Assembly: GCA_017960885.1 (NCBI GenBank)
Contig: JAGCYI010000230.1
Span: 3,175 to 67,174 of the forward strand
DNA: 64,000 bases
From: Bacteroidales bacterium
GTDB lineage: Bacteria; Bacteroidota; Bacteroidia; Bacteroidales; UBA3824
Reading direction: 5' to 3'
Position 1 is the first letter of the stretch. Each line of letters opens with the position of its first letter. The notes beneath the pieces were generated by a model. The model saw only the letters and a list, made by a program, of their open reading frames with translations. It had not been told where the DNA came from and searched no databases. Below are positions 58,590 to 64,000 of this stretch, one piece after another. The position numbers and the translations under genes are program-made.

Positions 58590-59989
58590 GTATTTTTTGT
58601 TAATATGTTGTCTAATTTTTCAAATAAACGTTTTCTTAATTCAATTGTTTCGGCGAGACCTGTGCCGCGCCGCTTGTTTTGGCTGCGTTTTGACTTGATG
58701 CGGAATCTCCACTGCCGTTTGAGATAGATAAACAGCTGTCGGTAGTTCCATGCGAACAATCCGAGAAACGGCAACAGCACCAGGTGAATGCCAGCGTAGA
58801 GCCAGTTCCAAAAATACCCTTCTAACAAAAAGAATATCGTGTAGAACAGCGGGAATGCCAGTAGCGCACCAACTGCAAAGCGGATTCCTCCCACAAACAT
58901 TGTCATATGTCCGTTTCCTGCCTTGAATTTTTTTGTCAGGGGTTGCGGCGACAAAAATATTAAAATATTTGGTATCGACGCTGCCACAAACAAAGGAAAC
59001 AGGCAAATGAGCAACAAAAGACGGAAAATAAAGCTGCCTTTGTGGAACGGAATGTCAAAATTGTCGTCGGCTATGCGGAAACGTCCGCAGTTCTTTTTCA
59101 ATGTGGCTGCATCGCTGTAGATTTCTTCGATAACTTCGGGCTGTTGCGCCTTTACATCTTCAAGCTCTTTGAAGAGAGCCTTGTCGGATTCAAGTTTGTC
59201 GGGCAGGTATGTGGGGTCGCCGCCGCAGAGTTTGCAGTAGCGTTTGCCGTATGTTTCGCGTATGTGGTCGATAGATTCGTAGTTGTCTAAATCGGTGATG
59301 TTGAGCATCATCGAGGAGATCTGCTCCCTTACCAGGTTGTTGACAGTGCGCTGAACGGTGCGGGGCTTGGTTTGGAATAGCTCGTAGTATGGCATGAGCG
59401 AAATGGGCTTGCCGCACACTATCATCATGTCCTCGCGGAATTTGAAATAGTTGCTGTAATGGTTGCAGATGGGCAGGATTACGATGTCGGTTTTGAACTC
59501 GGATTTTTTCACGGCATCGAACGCCATGCGCAGGTATCCCATCGAAAACTCGCCGAGCCAGCGTTTGTCTTGGTTGAGGGCTTCGGGAAATATCAGCACT
59601 GTGCCGCCCGAGAGAATTCTTTCGCCCGCTTCGGCAAAGATGTCGTAGTTGTTTTTGAGCGCGTCCATGCCGTCGAAGTCGATTCGGAACGCCGGCAGCA
59701 GGTAGATGCTGCGCAACAGCTTGCCAAGGAACGGACGGTTGAATGCGTCGGCACGTGTGAATATGCTTACAATGCGGTCGCGGAATGCGAACTCTACACC
59801 GAGTGCGTCGTTGAGTGCGTTCTGGTGGTTGGAGGCTATAATCAACGGTGTGCCTTTCTCTGGTATGTTTTCTCTGCCCAATACGTATATGTGCTTGTAG
59901 TACACGTTGTTGTGCAATACCCGCAGATAATTTCGCATTACCCTGAAAAAGGCTTCTCCTAAAAGGCTTCTCTTTTTTTTCTTCAGCAT
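58574..59989 (-). CDS. PlsC-family acyltransferase with C-terminal TMs
   Basis: ASNHQNALND (HxxxxD), LIFPE. Confidence 0.88.
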   Translation of the reverse strand: MLKKKKRSLLGEAFFRVMRNYLRVLHNNVYYKHIYVLGRENIPEKGTPLIIASNHQNALNDALGVEFAFRDRIVSIFTRADAFNRPFLGKLLRSIYLLPAFRIDFDGMDALKNNYDIFAEAGERILSGGTVLIFPEALNQDKRWLGEFSMGYLRMAFDAVKKSEFKTDIVILPICNHYSNYFKFREDMMIVCGKPISLMPYYELFQTKPRTVQRTVNNLVREQISSMMLNITDLDNYESIDHIRETYGKRYCKLCGGDPTYLPDKLESDKALFKELEDVKAQQPEVIEEIYSDAATLKKNCGRFRIADDNFDIPFHKGSFIFRLLLLICLFPLFVAASIPNILIFLSPQPLTKKFKAGNGHMTMFVGGIRFAVGALLAFPLFYTIFFLLEGYFWNWLYAGIHLVLLPFLGLFAWNYRQLFIYLKRQWRFRIKSKRSQNKRRGTGLAETIELRKRLFEKLDNILTKNTWKKE

Positions 59990-60000
59990 AGTGTTTGGGT

Positions 60001-61503
60001 TTAGAGGTTTTGACGGAATTTGTCGGCTAAATGGAAACGCTTGATGAGGCGTTGTATTGCAAACTTGCCTGTAACTAGCGCGTTAGGCAGTCCGCCCGGA
60101 GTCTGCAGCCATTGTCCGGCAAGGCAGAGGTTGTCGATGCCGTCGATGTTGCCGTGGTGAACGAGCTTGGGCGCGTATGGAGTCTGGATGAATCCCATGT
60201 ACGAACCTTTGTACGAACCCAGGTAGCGGTTGAAGCTCTTGGGCGTGCAAACTTCCAATAGCGACAGTTTGTCTTTGTATTGCGGGTAATGTTGTTCTAA
60301 TCGTTTCTGCACTTCGGATGCTATGCGAAGTTTTTCGGCTTTGTACGCCTCAGGGTCTTTGTAGAGGTCTTCCCAATATTGATATTCATCGTCGTGCTGC
60401 ACCAAAAGTATCTGAATGATGCCTTTGCCTTCGGGAGCGAAGCCGGGCTGGTCGGCGTAGTTGTTTACTATCACCACGTTGTGCTCGCGGTCTACTACTT
60501 TGTATGGTTCGCAGTTGAATATCTCCATTGTGGGAATGTCGGTGGTTTCTTGGTCTACTCCAAAATAGAGGGTGATATTGCTGAACACGGGATGCGTGGT
60601 GGTATTGTTGAACGCCTTTTTTAGCTTGTCGTCCATGTAGTTGTGCCCGATTATATCAAACGCAACTTTAAGGTCGGTGGCTATAATCACATATTCGGGC
60701 TCTATGGATGTGCCGTCGGCAAAATTGATCTTAGTGATTTTTTTGTCGTTGATTTCGGCGTTGAGAGTTTTTTTCTTTACCGATATTTTTCCTCCGAGAC
60801 TCAGATACTTGTCTCTCATGCGGTTGGTAATGGTATCGGAACCACCACGCGGTAGGTCGGCATTGCCCATCGAAAACATAGCATACATATAGAATGCCGA
60901 AATTACATAAAACTGTTTGGGAACGTAGTTGTATATAATTTGGTGAATGATTGGGCTTTTTGACCGTTTTGCGTATTCCTCCAAAGTGAGTTTTTTGTAT
61001 TTGGCAAATGCGGGAATTGCTTTCAACATTTTAAAAAGCAGTTTCATATTCTGCCCAAAACCCATCTGCTCTTGAGGAAACTTTGATGGTAGCTCTATTG
61101 CTTGGAATTTTTTTATCAACTTAATGATGTTGTTGATCTCTTTGCGGTCTTCGGGTGCTATAGAGAGCAGCTCCTGACGCATTTTTTCAAGGTCGCGCCA
61201 TACGTGAGCCTTCACGCCGTCGATGTCGACTTGGAGGAAATAATCGTGGCGGATGATGTCTTTTTCGGGGTCTTGAATTACGCCCACTTCCTGCCAAACT
61301 TTGTAAATTTCTTTTTTGGGCGATGTTCCGGTCATCCAGTGTACGCAGTTGTCGATGTGGTATCCTTTGCGTTTCCACGATGTGCACTGTCCGCCAACAA
61401 TGGTGTGCGACTCGAAAATCTCGCTCTCGATGCCGTTGAGTTGGGCGTATATGCCTGCTGCTAATCCGGATATGCCTCCGCCTATGATTGCTAATTTTGC
61501 CAT
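60001..61503 (-). CDS. Phytoene desaturase-family FAD oxidoreductase
   Basis: IIGGGISGL, GGQCTSWKRKGY.ID.C.HW, LAGQW..PGGLP.A. Confidence 0.88.
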   Translation of the reverse strand: MAKLAIIGGGISGLAAGIYAQLNGIESEIFESHTIVGGQCTSWKRKGYHIDNCVHWMTGTSPKKEIYKVWQEVGVIQDPEKDIIRHDYFLQVDIDGVKAHVWRDLEKMRQELLSIAPEDRKEINNIIKLIKKFQAIELPSKFPQEQMGFGQNMKLLFKMLKAIPAFAKYKKLTLEEYAKRSKSPIIHQIIYNYVPKQFYVISAFYMYAMFSMGNADLPRGGSDTITNRMRDKYLSLGGKISVKKKTLNAEINDKKITKINFADGTSIEPEYVIIATDLKVAFDIIGHNYMDDKLKKAFNNTTTHPVFSNITLYFGVDQETTDIPTMEIFNCEPYKVVDREHNVVIVNNYADQPGFAPEGKGIIQILLVQHDDEYQYWEDLYKDPEAYKAEKLRIASEVQKRLEQHYPQYKDKLSLLEVCTPKSFNRYLGSYKGSYMGFIQTPYAPKLVHHGNIDGIDNLCLAGQWLQTPGGLPNALVTGKFAIQRLIKRFHLADKFRQNL

Positions 61504-61638
61504 TTAACCTTATTTAAATCCCGACAAACACTATATCGGTAATTCGCGCAAATTTATGGCTTTTTTTATAAAAACAAAAATAGGATTTTTAAAAAAATGC
61601 AGTTTTACTATATATAATCATTCATTTTGATTTTTGCT

Positions 61639-61674
61639 AAAAAAAACGACCGATGTCTTTCGGCACCGGTCGTT
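61639..61674 (-). terminator. Intrinsic terminator
   Basis: A-run, then AACGACCGATG..CACCGGTCGTT. Confidence 0.7.
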
Positions 61675-61696
61675 GATGGTATTTGCTAATTGATGA

Positions 61697-62761
61697 TTAT
61701 TTCGCATTCTTGAGCAACCAAACTTCGAGGCCCGGCTGCTTTTTCTTTAAAGCATTGTATTGCGACAAAATTTCGTCGGCTTTGTCGCTAGAACCTACGT
61801 ATACTCGGTGCTGGTCGCCAACAGAGAGTATTTTTGAGCCCGGAAGTTCGCGCTGACGTTTTTGTGCGTTTTTGATTGTTGTGAAACTGCCTGCAATCAA
61901 ATAGTATTTTTTGTATTGGTTTCCTATATTTAAAGGTGTGGTAGAAAAACCGGCATCCAAAAGCATTTTGGTTTCAGGGTCGTCAACAACTTCGGTTTCG
62001 CCCAAGTCGGGAACATTGCTCTTGGGTTGTACGGTGTCCTGTACGGGAGGAGCTACGGTTTGTGTGGTGTCGGCTTTGGGCGACGAGCTGAACAGTCCGG
62101 CTACCCAATTGTTGACAGGTTCTCTATATAATATATAAAGTGTAACCAATGCTACGATGGGCAGAAGAATGAGAAGCCATTTTAGCACTTTGCTTTTCTT
62201 CTGTGTGTCTTTAACCTCTGGCTCTTTGGGTTTAGTGTCGCGAACCGACGACGATAATGCCGAAGAGGTTTTTACTGTGGTGGTTTTTGTGGTGGTGGTG
62301 GTGGTTTTTACCGTCTTGCCTTTGGATGTGCGGGCGGCAGCTTTTGCGGCTTCCACTTCCACGGGGTCCATGCCGTAGTTGTCGATCATCAGATTGTTGG
62401 GCACAGCCTTGATGATGATGGCACCGTTTTCGTCGCGGGTTATTATGCCCACTTCGTCGAGGGTTACGGATTCGTTTTTGTCTAATTTTTCTTTGGTATC
62501 TTTTACAAACTGCTCAATTTGCAGATGAGCCGTGGTTTGGTTAACAGGCTGGGTCTGCATAATATAGGTTTCGAGCGCGTTTTCTTTGTCGGTGGTTTTG
62601 CCGGTGTCGAGTTTTACAAGTTTGGCAGGAGGATATATTGTTCCTGTTTTTTCGTCTAATTGTGCGGGTTGGTACGAAGTTTCTAATGTTCCTAACCCAG
62701 GTATGGTTATACTATCGCGAGTGAGTAGTATATCTTTGAATAATTCATTAAGGTTTGTCAT
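61697..62761 (-). CDS. HU-like N-domain / TM / SPOR-domain protein
   Basis: LL..DSITIPGLG..Y.PA..I.PP; TM; YYLIAGSF..NA..VWLL. Confidence 0.82.
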   Translation of the reverse strand: MTNLNELFKDILLTRDSITIPGLGTLETSYQPAQLDEKTGTIYPPAKLVKLDTGKTTDKENALETYIMQTQPVNQTTAHLQIEQFVKDTKEKLDKNESVTLDEVGIITRDENGAIIIKAVPNNLMIDNYGMDPVEVEAAKAAARTSKGKTVKTTTTTTKTTTVKTSSALSSSVRDTKPKEPEVKDTQKKSKVLKWLLILLPIVALVTLYILYREPVNNWVAGLFSSSPKADTTQTVAPPVQDTVQPKSNVPDLGETEVVDDPETKMLLDAGFSTTPLNIGNQYKKYYLIAGSFTTIKNAQKRQRELPGSKILSVGDQHRVYVGSSDKADEILSQYNALKKKQPGLEVWLLKNAK

Positions 62762-62916
62762 AATTGTTGCAGTTTCTTGTACTTGCTTGTTGCTTGTTGG
62801 TTGAAATCTTCATTTGCAAATATACTAAATTTTAATTATAACAAACTTTTTTTGCGAATTTTTTATTGATAGAATTAATTTTTGTAAATTTGGGTTCAAT
62901 TTTAAAGCGAAACAAA

Positions 62917-63936
62917 ATGAAGAAGATACTTGTTACCGGCGGTGCCGGATTTATTGGTTCTCACACAGTTGTAGAATTGCAGCAGAGAGGCTACGAGGTT
63001 TTTATCGTTGACAATCTGAGCAATTCAAATCCCGACGTAATTGACAATATCGCCAAGATTACTGACATTAAGCCCGTATTTGGCAAGGTGGATGTGGCTG
63101 TGAAGGACGAACTTTTTGGTTTTTTGAAACAACATCCCGGCATCGAATCTGTGATTCACTTCGCTGCCAGCAAGGCGGTGGGCGAATCGGTGGAACAGCC
63201 TTTGAAATATTACCGAAACAATATCAACGGTCTTATCAACGTGCTGGAGGCAATGAAGGAGTTCGGTATCAAGAATTTGGTGTTCTCATCGTCGTGCACT
63301 GTGTACGGTCAGCCCGAAAAGCTCCCTGTTACCGAAAACTCGCCTATACAACCCGCTCTCTCGCCATACGGCAACACCAAACAGATCAACGAGGAGATTA
63401 TTCACGACTTTATTGCCGTTAATAAGGGTATCAACTCTATCTGCCTGCGCTATTTCAATCCTATTGGCGCTCATCCGTCGGGTCTTATCGGCGAACTTCC
63501 TATCGGTGTGCCTGCCAACTTGATTCCTTATATCACTCAAACGGCGGCTGGCATCCGTGAGTGCTTGAGCGTGTTTGGCAACGATTACAACACTCCTGAC
63601 GGTACTCCTATTCGCGATTATATTGATATCGTTGACCTTGCCAATGCGCACATCGCCGCCATCAACCGTATGGAGCAGGGCAAGCAGAAAAGCGCATTAG
63701 AGTTTTTCAATGTTGGCACTGGTAACGGACTTACTGTGTTGCAACTGATTAGCGCATTTGAAAAGGCTACCGGCGTGAAACTAAACTACAAGATAGTAGG
63801 CCGCAGGGCTGGTGACATTGAAAAAGTATGGGCAAACACCGACCTTGCTAACAAGGAGTTAGGATGGAAAGCCCAAGTGCCTATTGAAGAAACTTTGCGT
63901 AATGCTTGGCGATGGCAGCAGAAACTCGCAAAATAA
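62917..63936 (+). CDS. galE: UDP-glucose 4-epimerase
   Basis: TGGAGFIGSH, HFAASKAVGES, FSSSCTVYG, YGNTK, LRYFNP.GAH; start ATG 62917. Confidence 0.97.
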   Translation: MKKILVTGGAGFIGSHTVVELQQRGYEVFIVDNLSNSNPDVIDNIAKITDIKPVFGKVDVAVKDELFGFLKQHPGIESVIHFAASKAVGESVEQPLKYYRNNINGLINVLEAMKEFGIKNLVFSSSCTVYGQPEKLPVTENSPIQPALSPYGNTKQINEEIIHDFIAVNKGINSICLRYFNPIGAHPSGLIGELPIGVPANLIPYITQTAAGIRECLSVFGNDYNTPDGTPIRDYIDIVDLANAHIAAINRMEQGKQKSALEFFNVGTGNGLTVLQLISAFEKATGVKLNYKIVGRRAGDIEKVWANTDLANKELGWKAQVPIEETLRNAWRWQQKLAK

Positions 63937-63947
63937 TTTATCACGCA

Positions 63948-63991
63948 TAAAAAAAACGGGGCATGGCTTTAGGCTGTGCTCCGTTTTTTTT
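63948..63991. terminator. galE terminator
   Basis: AAAAAAAACGGGGCAT..GTGCTCCGTTTTTTTT. Confidence 0.8.
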
Positions 63992-64000
63992 ATGTGTGGT

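Noticed and set aside
62270-62312. GTG/GGT trinucleotide-like run
   Set aside because: Encodes a Thr-rich linker in the SPOR protein; not an independent repeat or CRISPR
1-64000. tRNA/rRNA genes, IS elements, integrases, prophage, recognised defence systems
   Set aside because: None recognised by eye; tRNAscan-SE, ISEScan and DefenseFinder would be needed to exclude them formally

Overview
64-kb chromosomal window from a Bacteroidota genome, most likely Bacteroidales. This rests on TAnnTTTG -7 promoter motifs, A-rich translation starts without Shine-Dalgarno sequences, a Bacteroidales-type EF-Ts insertion and a T9SS-like C-terminal domain. Most of it is housekeeping: uppP, panCD, queA, truB, tdk, ispD, aroB, metK, dnaB, accA, radA, rbfA, dxr, gmd-fcl, ftsX, hom, pncB, rplM-rpsI-rpsB-tsf and galE. 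No rRNA, tRNA, CRISPR array, transposase or integrase was recognised. The points of interest are: (1) a translationally coupled four-gene module of a small signal-peptide/Gly-rich membrane protein, a YidD-like domain fused to a periplasmic sorting-like domain, and two TPR+TM2-like proteins; (2) an exosortase next to a tiny PID-CTERM-like target with only about 11 residues of cargo; (3) an orphan CheR/degenerate CheR/CheB/GAF module with no CheA, CheY or MCP; (4) an uncalled 43-aa acidic ORF with its own terminator; (5) a degenerate GlpD-like protein; (6) tandem GYF_2-CD225 genes plus DUF2752; (7) a reduced aryl-polyene/flexirubin-like type II lipid cluster interrupted by a CotH gene between related hairpins; (8) a candidate SAM-II riboswitch, candidate r-protein leaders, and gene-order evidence for two inversions. 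All family assignments come from motif recognition by eye; no database searches were run.
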